Notes: generated by a model not told the origin, from the letters alone. Numbered from the stretch's first letter, positions 42,367-56,406 are shown. The stretch: 64,000 bases of DNA from Eledone cirrhosa (GCA_964016885.1 OZ024756.1:39494001-39558000), one strand, 5' to 3'. Program-made: numbers and translations.

Positions 42367-43862
42367 TAGCAGTAAAGCCCGGCGTTGCTCGGAGTCGCTC
42401 AGTAGCTGTGTTAAAGTTACAATGTTAAGTTTCTTTTTTGGCTTAAAAACTGTAGTGTCTACTGTGCAGACTTGCATGTGGTGTTTTTGATTAATATTCC
42501 CTCAACCAACAATATGCCTTATGAAGTTAAGAAAACATAACGATAACCCGAATGTTATAACAAAAGAGGATGCTGGGGATAAAAACTGCACTGGTTATTT
42601 ATTAACAAAGATCGAAAATGTAAACACTGCAACGCAGAGAAAAACATTAGCGTAACCAAATTATCAGTTATGTCTGTCTGCACGCCTATATCACCTCTCT
42701 GCACGACTGTCTGTCTGCACGCCTATATCACCTCTCTGCACGACTGTCTGTCTGCACGCCTATATCACCTCTCTGCACGACTGTCTGTCTGCACGCGTAT
42801 ATCACCTCTCTGCACGACTGTCTGTCTGCACGACTGTCTGTCTGCACGCCTAACGACGAAATATTTGCTTGTTTTACGTAGTCTTTAAATAGACTTGTTT
42901 TCAAGTAAAAATATTGTTTTAAAATGCTTTTAAATGGAAATGAAGCAAAACGGAAGCTTAGTGTTCGAACTGATGAATTTTGCAGGTCAATAAAAGTTAC
43001 AATGTTAAGTTTCTTTCTTGGCTTAAAAACTGTAGTGTCTACTGTGCAGACTTGCATGTGGTGTTTTTGATTAATATTCCCTCAACCAACAATATGCCTT
43101 ATGAAGTTAAGAAAACATAACGATAACCCGAATGTTATAACAAAAGAGGATGCTGGGGATAGAAACTGCACTGGTTATTTATTAACAAAGATCGAAAATG
43201 TAAACACTGCAACGCAGAGAAAAACATTAGCGTAACCAAGTTTTCAGTTATGTCTGTCTGCACGCCTATATCACCTCTCTGCACGACTATCTGTCTGCAC
43301 GCCTATATCACCTCTCTGCACGACTGTCTGTCTGCACGCCTATATCACCTCTCTGCACGACTGTCTGTCTGCACGCCTATATCACCTCTCTGCACGACTG
43401 TCTGTCTGCACGACTGTCTGTCTGCACGCCTAACGACGAAATATTTGCTTGTTTTACGTAGTCTTTAAATAGGCTTATTTTTTTCAAGTAAAAATATTGT
43501 TTTAAAATGCTTTTAAATGGAAATGAAGCAAAACGGAAGCTTGGTGTTCGAACTGATGAATTTTGCAGGTCAATATTTTGCTGGCTCGACAACTGTTAAA
43601 GCCAGCGTAATTTTTTACGTAAGACGCTCAATGTAAACAGAACAAAGGGAAATAACTGATCACTTACGCTAAAAAATCGATACATTATATTCGATTTCGT
43701 CACATAGGGTGGGTCAATTTGAAATATTTTTTTTTCCGATGTCTTCGCTAGGGCTCAATGTACAAGTATAGCAATTTCGGTGCAATTCCGTGAGAGATTC
43801 TAAGAGGAGATGTGTGCCAAAAATCGATAGACAGACAGACAACCACAGTTTTATATATATAG

Positions 43863-43863
<1 letters not shown>
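42366..43863 (-). mobile_element. Non-autonomous Helitron (about 1.5 kb)
   Basis: Minus strand starts A|TCTATATATATAAAA followed by (GTCT)n. It ends with the imperfect hairpin TCCGAGCAACGCCGGG, then CTAG|T. Inserted between A and T with no TSD. Confidence 0.85.
42413..43575. repeat. About 580-bp tandem duplication within the Helitron, each unit holding a 37-bp minisatellite
   Basis: Units 42413-42992 and 42993-43575; inner repeat ctgtctgtctgcacgcctatatcacctctctgcacga at about 42670-42851 and 43250-43431. Confidence 0.92.
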
Positions 43864-43897
<34 letters not shown>

Positions 43898-44127
43898 TAT
43901 TCATAGGTATTCCGTCTGTTACAGAAACATATGTCAATACCTAATAAATTCCTTTTTAAAAAAAGCACATTCATTTTATATTCATCTTTTCTATATATAT
44001 ATATATATCTGTGTATGTATGTATGTATGTATGTATATATGTAAAAGGTAAACAGAAATTTCAACACAATCAGTACAGTATATGGAAGGGATATATTAGG
44101 TTAACGCTTGGTATAGCAGGAAGAGGG

Positions 44128-44163
44128 TCTTAACGTTTCGGACGCTAGTCCTTCATTAGAAGA
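44128..44163 (-). ncRNA. Minimal Penelope-type hammerhead with G5A mutation (probably inactive)
   Basis: TCTT CTAATGA a GGAC-tagc-GTCC GAAA CG T T AAGA; stem III reduced to the palindrome ACGT. Confidence 0.7.
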
Positions 44164-44577
44164 AAGAATGAGAAATAAGATTGATTGAGGGGACGGGTGG
44201 GTTGCAAAATGACCATACTACTGGTCTTTTGGTTACATGATCAGAATTGGTTGTAAATGATCCTGGAGATGGTAGGAAATCAAAGACAGAATTTCTCAAC
44301 GTTTGAAAGATGGAATTCATAATATAATACGTAGGCTCTATCTGCGCCTCTATTGTTGGCTTATACTCTGTTATTAATGGTGCTTTGTAAAAATAAATCA
44401 GGTTATTGGAATAAATCAGGCTTAAAAATTTTATTTCAATCTCGAAAAATATGATTTAGAATTAAAGGCATTCTAATATGAGTCTTCAGAAATTTTGACC
44501 TTGAGTTTTTCGTGTTACCAATTCTTAACAATATCAAAAATAAATCAATCGATCATATATTATGTAGGAAATAAACG

Positions 44578-44766
44578 GCGGTGGATTGGCAATATCGGTA
44601 GAGGGTCGGACGCCATGCTTTCCAGCATAGTTACGTCCCTTTACGATCTGAGTTCAAATCCCGCCGAGGTTGACTTTGCCTTTCATCCTTACGGGGTCGA
44701 TAAAATAAAGTACCAGTAGTGCACTGGGGTAATTGCTGGCCTTGTGCCTAAAGTAGAAACAATTAT
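44578..44766 (+). mobile_element. tRNA-derived SINE, family A, full length with TSD
   Basis: Box A-like tggcaatatcgg, box B gagttcaaatcc, central ctttcatccttacggggtcgataaaataaagtaccag domain, ATT tail; TSD attatgtaggaaataaac. Confidence 0.9.
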
Positions 44767-45999
44767 GTAGGAAATAAACTAGTTCAATGTGATATGCATG
44801 TTAACAAAAGAAAATATTTTGATTTCTCAATCGTAACATTGAACTGTTAAGCAAACTTATGATAACACGCTTGCCACTGAGGAATATTATAATTACTGTA
44901 TATTTCAATTTAAGTTGCTTATGAGAATATTTTAAAAAGAGAAACCGTTTGATGTGTTTGGAACTCATAACAAAAGAATACATGTGGGACTTTCAAACAC
45001 TTCATTAAAAACATTTCAATATAATATTCATTTATGGCGACAAAGATATATTATTCTTAACTGATTTCATACAGTTTCGCATGTTCAAATATCTTCCAAA
45101 TGATTTTACTGAGATTTTTCTTTTGTGTTTTTTTTTTTTGTTTTTTTTTTTAAAGTTATCTATTTACTTCTTCTGAAGGATGTCAAGGATAATATTAATG
45201 ACATTAGATTCTTGCATGGTTGATTTACTCAACAGATATAATGATATCTTAAACACACACATACACACACACACACACACACTGTCTCTCTCTCACACAT
45301 TCTCTCTCCCTCTCTCTCCCACACACTCTCTCTCTCACACACACACTCTCTCTCCCACACACTCTCTTTCTCACACACACACACTCTCTCTCTTTCACAG
45401 ACACTCTCTCTCTCTCTCACATACTCTATCTCTCTCTCACACACACACACTCTCTCTCTCTTACACACACTCTCTCTCACACACACACTCTCTCTCACAC
45501 AGACTCTCTCTCTCACACACACACTCTCTCTCTCTCTCTCTCACACACTCTCTCTCACACACACACTCTCTCTCTCTCTCTCTCACACACTCTCTCTCTC
45601 ACACACACATACATACACAGCCATAGAAAAATAGAAAATTCTATTTTTTGTTAATATAAATACAAGTGCCATACATTTCTTTAAATTACTATATAAATAT
45701 TTTCTGAAATATTATCCATAATTTCATAATATTTCATAATGTATTTAGCCTCAGTTTTAAACGTAATTTTGATATAGAGCAAGTATTAATTGTAATAGTA
45801 ATAATCTTAAACCATAAGTCTTAAACCATAAGTCACATGAAAGTTTTTTTTATTAGATTGTTCATTAAAGAATTTGTCATTCAGGATTAATATTGTTATC
45901 GAGTGATATAATATTTCACGACAAATGATTTATTTTCAAAGGATTATATAGTGTTGACTTGAAGTTGGTTTTATTCACGTTGTAATAAATATGAATCAT

Positions 46000-46750
46000 A
46001 CTTGTAGAAATGTTGAGGGAATTCAGGGGATAAATATCTGCAAGCATATCTTGCATTTAATATCTGCAAGCATATCTTGCATAACTATCAGGAGATATGA
46101 AATGTATCGAAGATAGAAAAAATATGAAACCCGATGATCAACAAACATTGAAATATATTGAAGTGTTTAATGGCTAAAGGCTGGACAGTAATTTATCAAG
46201 TTTACACCACACAATCGAATGAAACAGTCTTCTATTGTGAATGTCCATCATTCAACATGTAGGATGTCATAAATTTCAATGTTTTTAACTTTTACAAAAT
46301 TCCTTTCTAAAGAACGTCTTTCAGTTTTTTATCAGACGGTTACATGCCTCAAACAAATTGGAACATTACCATTGTTTATGTACATTTCATATGCAACGAG
46401 TTGTAATTCAGATTTCCGTTCATTTATTTTCATATATTTATCAAAAACAGGTAATAGTAAAACTTAAAACTCAGAATCAAACTTTGTGTGCACACATCCT
46501 GAAATAAATGTAATACTTATATCCAACGTTCTAACGATTCTGACAATTCTACACCTTGTCGCGGTTGAGGAAGAGGATAAAATCTTGTTCATGATTGGTT
46601 ATATTTGTGATTCTTCATATTTATTTATACCTATGCGAGGTAATCTTTGGTTACATGATTACCGTTTCAATACTGAAGAACATTATATAGCCTTTATTTC
46701 TATTCCTAACATTGGTTTTTATAAAATAATTCCTTCTCATGAAAATATAT
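46000..46750 (-). pseudogene. Possible highly decayed PLE RT remnant
   Basis: Scattered ordered peptides RFYPLPQ, LVAYEMYINNGNVP and RYLSPEFP resemble RFYxLPK, LVSFDVxSLYTNxP and RYLxxxSxHP. Confidence 0.3.
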
Positions 46751-46790
46751 AATACGCTTCTTAGTTAAGTGTTTATTATTTTAAAGCTAG

Positions 46791-46985
46791 GGCGGTGGAT
46801 TGGCAGTGTCGGGAGAGGGCCGGACGCCATGCTTTGCAGCATAGAGTTACGGCCCTTTACGATCTGAGTTCAAATCCCGCCGAGGTTAACTTTGCTTTTC
46901 ATCCTTACGGGGTCGATAAAATAAAGTACCACTAATGCACTGGGATAATAGCTGGCCTTGTGCCAAAAGTTGCAACAATTATTAT
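46791..46985 (+). mobile_element. SINE family A with TSD
   Basis: Flanking repeat ttattattttaaa(g/a)ct. Confidence 0.88.
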
Positions 46986-47259
46986 TTTAAAACTTCATTG
47001 GGTAGTAAATGATTTGTTGTATTTCATAACACGATTCTAAGTTTTTAATACGAACAAATCTTGAATAGTAGAAACAATTATTATTTTGATTATTTTAAAT
47101 CTTCATTGTAGTGATATGAAAATACAGAACCCAGAACAACCATTTGACAATACCAACATGGTAATACATAGTTAACCAGATGAGAGTACAGGCTTTGGTA
47201 TGTATAAGACGTGTTTCTTGGAATGTTTGAAAGAAATTGTTGTTAATATATCTTCTTTG

Positions 47260-47293
<34 letters not shown>

Positions 47294-48329
47294 ACCTGAA
47301 CTTAATTTAATTTAATTTATTGAACATCTTAATTAGTTTAGCAGTACACATAATTCTGGAATACATATCGTCAATAGTCTGCTTAAATTTCAGAGGAGGA
47401 TGAAATTGAAGTACCTGTACTCATTGCTACTTACATTGATTTTCTTCTGAGGCGGGGGAAAAGTTTGAAAATGTGCTTATTATACACAATTTATGTTCTC
47501 ATAAAAACAAGTTATATTAAGCTTCATTGGAATGTATTTACTTCAAATACAAATGAGCAAAACAAGTAATATTTAAAATGAAAACTTTTGAATAAATTTA
47601 CATTTGCAAATGAAATGTCATTATTTATTTAATTAACTATGTTTTCAAAATGTTATTCAAAAACTAATGGTAGTTGATAAATTTCAGTAGTTCAAATACG
47701 AAATGTTAATTATATTTGTGAATGTGTTTTGTTAAATAGTAATATATTATTATAGAATCTGATGTTATGACTTAACAAAAGAATTGCAATTTAAAATGTT
47801 AATTAATTTCAAACCATATGGTTGTAAGCAAAAGTATAATTAATGATGATATTTCGTAATGTCTTTTTTTTTTTAATGTATTCAGCTCAGCAGATAATTA
47901 ATTCGTATGTAAATATATAGAGGAAACTGCAAATTCTAGACGGTAATAAATTTAGGATTATAAAACATATTTTTATCATAAATAAAACCAACAGCCGCTG
48001 TCTTTCACTATACGTTCTAAAACCAAGGTCATTGTTAGTGAAGTACCATCACATAAATACTGTGATGTATGTATTGATCTAATGCAATTATTCTAGAATT
48101 AGTTGACATTTCATCTAACAGCATTTAACCTATATTGATATATGACATTGGCAATGATATTTACTTGCTATCCTTTTATTGGGCAGATCAATAACTTTAC
48201 TCCCTCATTGCGTCTCTGCAAATATAATCAGCAAAGGAGAATCACGTATAATATTCTATCTTTGTTTCCTTCTGATATATTTGTCTTTGTGGAATGTACT
48301 TTGAAGAAACCCACATTTCACCGTACAGA

Positions 48330-48407
<78 letters not shown>

Positions 48408-48521
48408 GGTGTGGGATGCTTAAAGCGTCCGTATACAGTAGACCGTTTGAGCTCTTACAGAGCACAGTATAATATCACATAAGAAACGGAGAATCAGTGG
48501 TGCGACGAATAAAATGTATTA

Positions 48522-48617
48522 GACAATATTACAATCCTTTCTCTGGCGACCAGCTCGAGGCACGATCGATGCAATGACCGAACCTGACTCTGAAATCGCA
48601 AGATCCTCAGATACGTC
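48522..48617 (-). ncRNA. Type I hammerhead motif
   Basis: GACGTAT CTGAGGA TCTtGCGA..TCGCcAGA GAAA gGATTG T A ATATtGTC. The opposite arm of the fold-back preserves GAAACGATTGTA-ATATGTC, which restores stems I and III. Confidence 0.65.
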
Positions 48618-48741
48618 TCGATTCTTCGAAGCAGAGTTTCCAAATGCCTCGAGCTGGTCCCAGAGAAACGATTGTAATATGTCTAATAAATTGTATTCGT
48701 CGCACCTCTGATTCACCGTTTCTTATGTGATATATATATAT

Positions 48742-48972
48742 ATGAAGTATTTCCGTAGGAAGGGTAAAGGAAAGGAGAGTGCTCTATGTATGTTACAGAG
48801 CTATTTAATTATATAATAAACAACATAAGACAATTATTCCATTTACCAAAGGTTTCACGAAGACAGACGAGCTCAACAGAGAGTGATTTCAGACGTCTCT
48901 GTTGAGCTCGTCTGTCTTCGTGAAACCTTTGGTAAATGGAATAATTGTCTTATGTTGTTTATTACATAATTA
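48742..48972 (-). mobile_element. Fold-back mini-element related to 50585-50850, 9340-9440 and 5785-5853
   Basis: Arms 48806-48881 / 48896-48972 with GAAACCTTTGGTA; shares the tail 'gagtgctctat...gctatttaatta'. Confidence 0.7.
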
Positions 48973-49363
48973 TATATATATATATAAATTTAGTTTTGTT
49001 AGCTGAGTAAACAGTCATTACCTTGGTAGTGATTCTACAACTGATAAAGATGAAATGAACCCACTAACAGCGTCTACTTGTTTAATTTAAATGACGAAGA
49101 TACTTGTGTATTAACAGTGTTTCCATTGGTCTTTCCTTTACTGATACTAATCTACTGGTTGCAACTCCTAGCAGAAGGAGCAACGTGAAATAAAGTGTCT
49201 TGTTCAAGGACACAACGCATCACCCAGTCTGAGATTGAACTCGCGATTCACCATTGCGAATCTAACTCTGTAACCACTAAGCCACGCTCCTTCACTAAAT
49301 CCCATAGCAGGCCCAAAATAGTTGATATTTGTGGATATATTGGGATGCTAAATATGATTATTA

Positions 49364-49655
49364 TTTTTTTTTTTTAAATACATAATTTATTTGCGTTAAT
49401 CCGTATGGTGAGCAAATGGGCTCCCAGGTGCTGGCCTCCCCACAGCCCCGGCGGACAGGATGGAGAAGGCGTTTCCACGGAGGATGGTAAGGGAAATGCG
49501 CTGGAAGAGCGGTTCCAACTCGCGAGGCTGGCCAGTTCAGCGCCTATGGTGGTGAATAGGGAGGTAGCCCTAGGGCCAAGCACATCAGAAGTCTCCACTG
49601 CCAAGGGGTCGACCGCGAACCTATCGGAGAGCGACCGATACTTCAGATGCTTAAA
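49364..49655 (-). mobile_element. CRE-clade non-LTR retrotransposon 3' end (restriction-like endonuclease C-terminus)
   Basis: Reverse translation LKYRSLSDRFAVDPLAVETSDVLGPRA..IG, frameshift, then LFQRISLTILRGNAFSIL; followed by AATAAA and an A-tract. GC-rich relative to the flanks. Confidence 0.82.
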
Positions 49656-50463
49656 ACCGTATTAATGTTTTGACGCAAATCAAAATAGTAAATTATAAAT
49701 TTTGTCATTTCCCAATAGTAATAACGTGAATGAACGAATTCCTTCAAAACTAAATTATATGAGAATATTTTTAAAATTAAATATAAAATTTAGCAAAAGA
49801 AATGCGTAATATTACTTTGATTTCTGAAATATAGAAGTAAAGTAAATATAAAGATAAAGAATGAATTTTCTTTGAAATTATTTTATTATATATATATTTT
49901 TTTTTTTCACACATATGATTCCTGGAAATATGCTATTCCTCTAGCACGTTAATAAATAATTCAATCTTCACAGTTCACAGATATAACACTACAAATATAC
50001 CACTACTATAACATTGTCACTTGAAATATTAATTCTCTATCTTACTTAAACATTGACTCTATATTATATTTTTCTTCTATTTTTTTTTTTTTTTTTTTTA
50101 TTCATACATTTAATTTGTCTCATTTCATAACATTCTGATTCGAACAAATTAAGTCTTGGCACCTTTTCTATTACTAAATGACATTCTTTATATATATAGA
50201 TGAGATGAGATTCTACATAACAAATATATATATATATAAGTATGTACACGTACATACATATATGTATACAGACGTACAGTAGTATGTATATATATATACA
50301 TACATGCACACATATATATATGTACGTATGTGTGCATGTATGTATATATATATACATACTACTGTACGTCTGTATACATATATGTATGTACGTGTACATA
50401 CTTATATTTAAGTAACAGCCGTACTAAGAGTGGGATATGAAATTTTGTTTCATCTTTTCCGTT

Positions 50464-50524
<61 letters not shown>

Positions 50525-50677
50525 ATACTTTGGGAGGGTTGTGTTGCCAATAATTCAGAAACGAAATATATATATATATATATGTTATGTAATTCCAAAG
50601 GAAAAGCAAAGGAAAAAGAGTGCTCTATATATAGAACAGCTATTTAATTAGAAAGTGAATAACACAAAATATAACTA

Positions 50678-50744
50678 CTCCATTACCAAAGTTTCTGGAT
50701 AACAGACGATAATAATATATGTCTGGATCGGTCGTCAGACAGAG
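50678..50744 (-). ncRNA. Type I hammerhead motif
   Basis: CTCTGT CTGACGA ..CAGAC/GTCTG.. GAAA ctttggt A ATGGAG. Confidence 0.65.
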
Positions 50745-50845
50745 ATGTTTCTGTCTCATGACCGATCCAGACGTTTGTATTATTATCGTCTATGATCCAA
50801 AAACCTTTGGGAATGGAGTAGTTATATTTTGTGTTGTTCACTTTC

Positions 50846-50886
<41 letters not shown>

Positions 50887-53165
50887 GGGTGATGGAACTG
50901 GAGGGAGGACAAGGGCTATTTAACCCATAGCTGGGTAAACTCATGTCTACAGTTGAATGAACTGTAGCAACGTGAAATAAAACGCCTTTGTAACTATAGA
51001 TGCTTTTATATCATTTTGGATATTTTTAGGTTTTCTTTTAAGGAGATTGCTGTCACTTTTCCTATATTTCTTTGAATAACATTCGTTGTGTGTGATAACG
51101 ATATCATAAATAAATTACAAGTCTGTTTTGCTTTTCATTGCACGAAGAATCGTGACCTCATTACTTTGTAACCAATCTGCAGGGATTATAAATCTCAACA
51201 TGATCCGGTTAATTGTGACTATAATAATTTCTATAATGTCTGGTGAGACAGGGTAGTGTTCTTTTGTGTCAATTTATTGGACATCTTCGGGTTTTGTTTT
51301 GTCTTTTGTTTTCTAGATTTGTATTTAATTGATTGAAGCGTTTTTTGTTATAATTCCAGCTTGACAATTTATGGTAGACTGTTTGTGGAAGTTATAATGA
51401 TTGATATATTTGTTCACGATAGTTTCAGGGCAGCTATTATATTTGTTCTGTTGTTTATATAAAGTTACGATTCCTGGGTGCTTATGTGTTGTATTATTAG
51501 GTGGATTGGCAGTATCGGTAGAGGATCGGACGCCATGCTTTGATGCACAGAGTTACGGCCCTTGCCATTCTGAGTTCAAATCCCACCGAGGTTAACTTTG
51601 CCTTTCATCCTTACGGGGTCGATAAAATAAAGTACCAGTAATGCACTCGGTAATTGCTGGCGTTGTGCCAAAAGTAGAAACAATTATTAGTCATTGCTTC
51701 CCTAGGACTTTATTTAGTTTGTAATTTCTTTTCAATGAAAATATATTTTCCACAACTGAGGAAACTCGATAATCACTAAAGATGTCACAGATACGTGTGA
51801 CGAAAGTACTTTGAGAAACTATATTTATATTTTTAACTGTTGGTCAAACAACATTCATTGCCAGCTAAAATTATTTATAGAAATATAAAAAATACACTGA
51901 AGAGCAAACCAAACCAAACAGTGAGTGTATTTTACTATTTTTTTCTGGCAATATTAGCACAAAATGACCCTCTTTAGATATGACAATATCTAAAAACATT
52001 TCAGCCGAATTTTTCTTTTTTGGCGGGGATAGGATATCTGAGCTAGCTAAAACAAAACAAAAAAAACATTTACTTTTATCAGGAAATCTGTTTGGTATTT
52101 TAAAAGGCATTAGCATTAATCCTTCTTGGTTGAGTGTCGTATGGAACGTATTTTTTGTTTTCTTTCACTTCTGTGTCTGGTTATTTTTTCTCGTGATTTT
52201 TGCTGAGTATGACTTGTATTTCGCCATCATTTGATCGTAATGAAAGCTTTCAAACATTACATCAACATATGATTTCTAAAAGGTCGGTTTTGTATTTACT
52301 TTTGTATTTTCTATAGAGAATTACTGCTGACACATAATACGTTATGTTTATATTCGAACTAATAGTTCCATTTGGAACGTTTTTAATAAGTCTTCCATTA
52401 CATTTTTGCGATAATAAGCATCTACCCAAATTACATCAGATGTTTTTCTCGAGGTTGATGGAATTACACAACTACCATCGATTTATCTGAAAATTGATAC
52501 TTTTGTTCTTTGAAACGATCGTAAAGCAATGAACAAATTAATTACCTCCTTTGTTTTTCTTATCATTTCCCTGTTATATGTATCTGCAAAGAAAACTATA
52601 AGTGTGTGTATATGACTATGTATGTATGCATCTATCTATCTATGTATGTATGCATGTATGTATGTATGTATCAATGTATGTATCTCTGTATGTATCTACG
52701 TATGTATGAGTATATAAATAGATTTAATATAGATATAACTACAGTTTTGATTTTAATTAGAAGTCTATCAGTAACGAATCAATTTAATTTCCATAGAGTA
52801 AATATATAACCATATAGCCAACAGCTAATAGGCCTTGCTTAATTTGAATAAAATAACTAAGACGATGCATAGAAAGATTTTCTTCACTTAATTACGATAA
52901 TAAATGTGGCTAAGATGATATATATCTATCGACTTTATACCATTCCTTGGAGAGTATGTGTCTAGTAATAAGTAGTAGATATAGTAAACAGCATAATGTA
53001 CTATCACAGAAAGTAGTGTAGGAAGTAGTAAGATGTGTGGACCGTCTTCAATACACCATATGTTAATAATTAAAGCCAGCCATCGCAGGGCAACTCGTAT
53101 CAATAAATGATATAGAAGAATAGACAGGCGTGGAAGGATTTCCGTGTGCAATCCATATCGAAGAT

Positions 53166-53755
53166 CAGTGTGATCCATATCTTAGCTCAGTGTGATCTAT
53201 ACCGTAGTTCAGCGTGATCCATATCGTAGTTCAGTGTGATCCATATCGTAGCTCAGTATGATCTATACCGTAGTTCAGCGTGATCCATATCGTAGTTCAG
53301 TGTGATCTATACCATAGCTCAGTGTGATCTATACCGTAGTTCAGCGTGATCCATATCGTAGTTCAGTGTGATCTATACCATAGCTCAGTGTGATCCATAT
53401 CGTAGTTCAGTGTGATCTATACCATAGCTCAGTGTGATCCATATCGTAGTTCAGTGTGATCTATACCATAGCTCAGTGTAATCCATATCGTAGTTCAGTG
53501 TGATCTATACCATAGCTCAGTGTGATCCATATCGTAGTTCAGTGTGATCCATATCGTAGTTCAGTGTGATCCATATCGTAGCTCAGTGTGATCTATACCG
53601 TAGTTCAGTGTGATCCATATCGTAGCTCAGTGTAATCCATACCATAGCTCAGTGTGATCTATACCGTAGTTCAGCGTGATCTATATCGTAGTTCAGTGTG
53701 ATCTATACCGTAGCTCAGTGTGATCCATACCATAGCTCAGTGTAATCTATATACC
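53166..53755. repeat. 22-bp minisatellite, about 27 copies
   Basis: Unit cagtgtgatc(c/t)ata(t/c)c(g/a)tag(t/c)t. Confidence 0.92.
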
Positions 53756-54300
53756 GGGGGGGGGGGGCATTATTCTTCTGTAAATTGTGTTCTACAGCTA
53801 AAGGCTCTTAATCATTAGTCAGACGTATAGATATAGAAGTTAGATTTCTATCAGTAATACAATTGATATATTCATTGGTGAAAAAAAACATGTCAAGGTC
53901 AATACTGCTTAAGTTTTAAACTCCAAGTCAAATACTTCAATATTTTTATATTGATCGAAATAGAAATAAATTCTATGTCATATTATAGAAAGTAAATAAA
54001 ACCAAAATGAATAACTGATTCACCCTGAAATAAAAATGAAGACGTATTGATTATTTCTGACTACAAAATATCAATTTATAAACGAAAGAAGAATGTTAAG
54101 AAGAATTTGTAAACATATGCGTAAATTAAAGTCGAAAAGTTAACACTGGAATTAAGTGATAACCATTTCAATGCCTAAATAAATAAAATGTAACATGCCA
54201 GAAGTTCCGTTTAGACATTGTAACACATTTACAAATACACGCACTTACACAAGTGCATCACATGGCCATACACGCACCCACAAACACACACGGGTACATG

Positions 54301-54334
<34 letters not shown>

Positions 54335-54424
54335 CGTGTGTGTTTATCTTGGGTTCAATCGGGGATAACCACAGTAAGTAAGGTACTCAATACATAACAG
54401 AGTATAAATATTTAATATAGAAAT

Positions 54425-54475
54425 GGCTTCTACAGGACTAGAACTGTTTCATTCGGTAGAAATCATCAGGAAACC
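54425..54475 (-). ncRNA. Type I hammerhead ribozyme motif (family of 23284)
   Basis: GGTTTC CTGATGA tTTC-tacc-GAAt GAAA CAG-ttctagtc-CTG T A GAAGCC. Confidence 0.85.
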
Positions 54476-54518
54476 GAACGAAACAGTTCTAGTCCTGTAG
54501 AAGCCATTTCTATATTAA

Positions 54519-54554
<36 letters not shown>

Positions 54555-54555
54555 A

Positions 54556-54586
<31 letters not shown>

Positions 54587-54645
54587 ATGAATGAGTCAGG
54601 ACCCGGATGGTTGAGCTCTTGCCGTTTCACCAGCTAGTTCCAGAC

Positions 54646-54726
<81 letters not shown>

Positions 54727-54899
54727 CGTGTGTGTGTGTGTGTGTGTGTGTGATACATATACTTATGCACACACATAAATATAACAAAGAAAAGACATAG
54801 AAAGAGAATGTGAGAGTGAAAGAGATAATCTCTTTTCCTTTAGTTAAATACAGTTTAAGAGATGGTAGGTTTCCCTCCAAACCATTTGGCAAACTTTAT

Positions 54900-55495
54900 A
54901 TCTAATTTATATATATTCCACACAAAAACAAACCATTTAATTCATATAAATGGTAGAATTTATGAAGAACAACTAAGAAAAGCGAAAGAGCTTAACAACA
55001 ACGAAAACACTATAACGATTTATGAAGTGAATTAGCTGTGGTTAATGAACGTGATTTGTTAATGGATTTTCATAATGGTTAAAGCTATAAGTGAAGCCAT
55101 TAAAAGAGCTAATTAAACGTGGATACATTTGCAGAGAAATGTATAAAAGCCTGCAGCAAATACTTAAACGAAGTCAAGGTGAAACGTGTCAGAAATTCTT
55201 TTTTATCCGGGGTAAGATAAAAAATGGTGAAGATGTGGTTATACTACATCAATATTGTCAAATATTTGTTGTTTGTTTTGGTATTTTTTTTTACTTGAGG
55301 TTATTGTAGTTGACTCTAATTTATTCAAAACAACCGAACGGTTATAGTGTTAACTCTTACAAAATGGCGTTTGAATATATTGGGTCCTCGAGTATGAAAT
55401 TGGTAGACGTTTATTTGTTTTTTTTACAAGTTTCTACAAATTTCATACTTGACGACCCAATAGATATTTTAAAACGTAATTTGGTATTTCGTTAA
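54900..55495 (+). pseudogene. Possible decayed PLE C-terminal region
   Basis: Peptides LIKRGY, SLQQILKR and IDILKRNL loosely resemble the PLE thumb/linker/endonuclease end. Confidence 0.22.
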
Positions 55496-55785
55496 AATTT
55501 AAGCAAAAGAAGAACAATAAAAATAAAAGAAAACTGACAGAAACAAAAACAATATCAGAGAAATAGTTTTTAAAAAGTTAACATAACACGTAAAGTCTAT
55601 TCATATCTTTCTTCTTCTTCTTCTTCTTCTTCTTCTTCTTCTTCTTCTTCTTCTTCTTCTTCTTCTTCTTCTTCTTCTTCTTCTTCTTCTTCTACTCCGC
55701 CCATTTACTCATGAGAGGTTCGTGGCGGGAAACTCCTCAAATATTATGAGTTGATTGTGTTCTTTTTCTTCCGTTTGTACCCACA

Positions 55786-55836
<51 letters not shown>

Positions 55837-56082
55837 TGTGTGTGTGTGTCTGTGTGTGTGTGTACGTGCAAAAGGCCTATATCCGAGATTAAATTTAAGT
55901 TTACAAAGCGAAAATCGATAATGATGTCTATGTTTGTGTAATTTTATGTTCTGTGCCGATTCAGCAGAAAAGAGGTCGATATTAATTATCAGACTGAAAT
56001 ATTTAAAGTGGTTTATTTTACTTTCGACTAAATCCTTGAGGGGTGTGTCCAAGCATAGCAACTGTCCAGTAGATTAACAACC

Positions 56083-56130
<48 letters not shown>

Positions 56131-56163
56131 CATACACATATATATACACACATATATATATAT

Positions 56164-56205
<42 letters not shown>

Positions 56206-56347
56206 TATATATACATACATATATATATATACATACATATATATATATATATATATACATATATATATACATATATATATATACATATATATAAGTATAT
56301 ATATATGTATGTATGTATATACATATATATATACATACACATATATA

Positions 56348-56394
<47 letters not shown>

Positions 56395-56406
56395 ATATAT
56401 ATATAC

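Noticed and set aside
42970-42976. CTGATGA in the Helitron repeat (also 43553, 23929 and 38079)
   Set aside because: No compatible stem II-GAAA-stem III and stem I pairing found for these occurrences.
44578-44670. tRNA gene candidates (box A/B) in SINE heads
   Set aside because: No cloverleaf or acceptor stem; they continue into SINE body, tail and TSD.
49405-49665. Plus-strand 86-aa GC-rich ORF as a host exon
   Set aside because: It is the antisense of the CRE endonuclease fragment.
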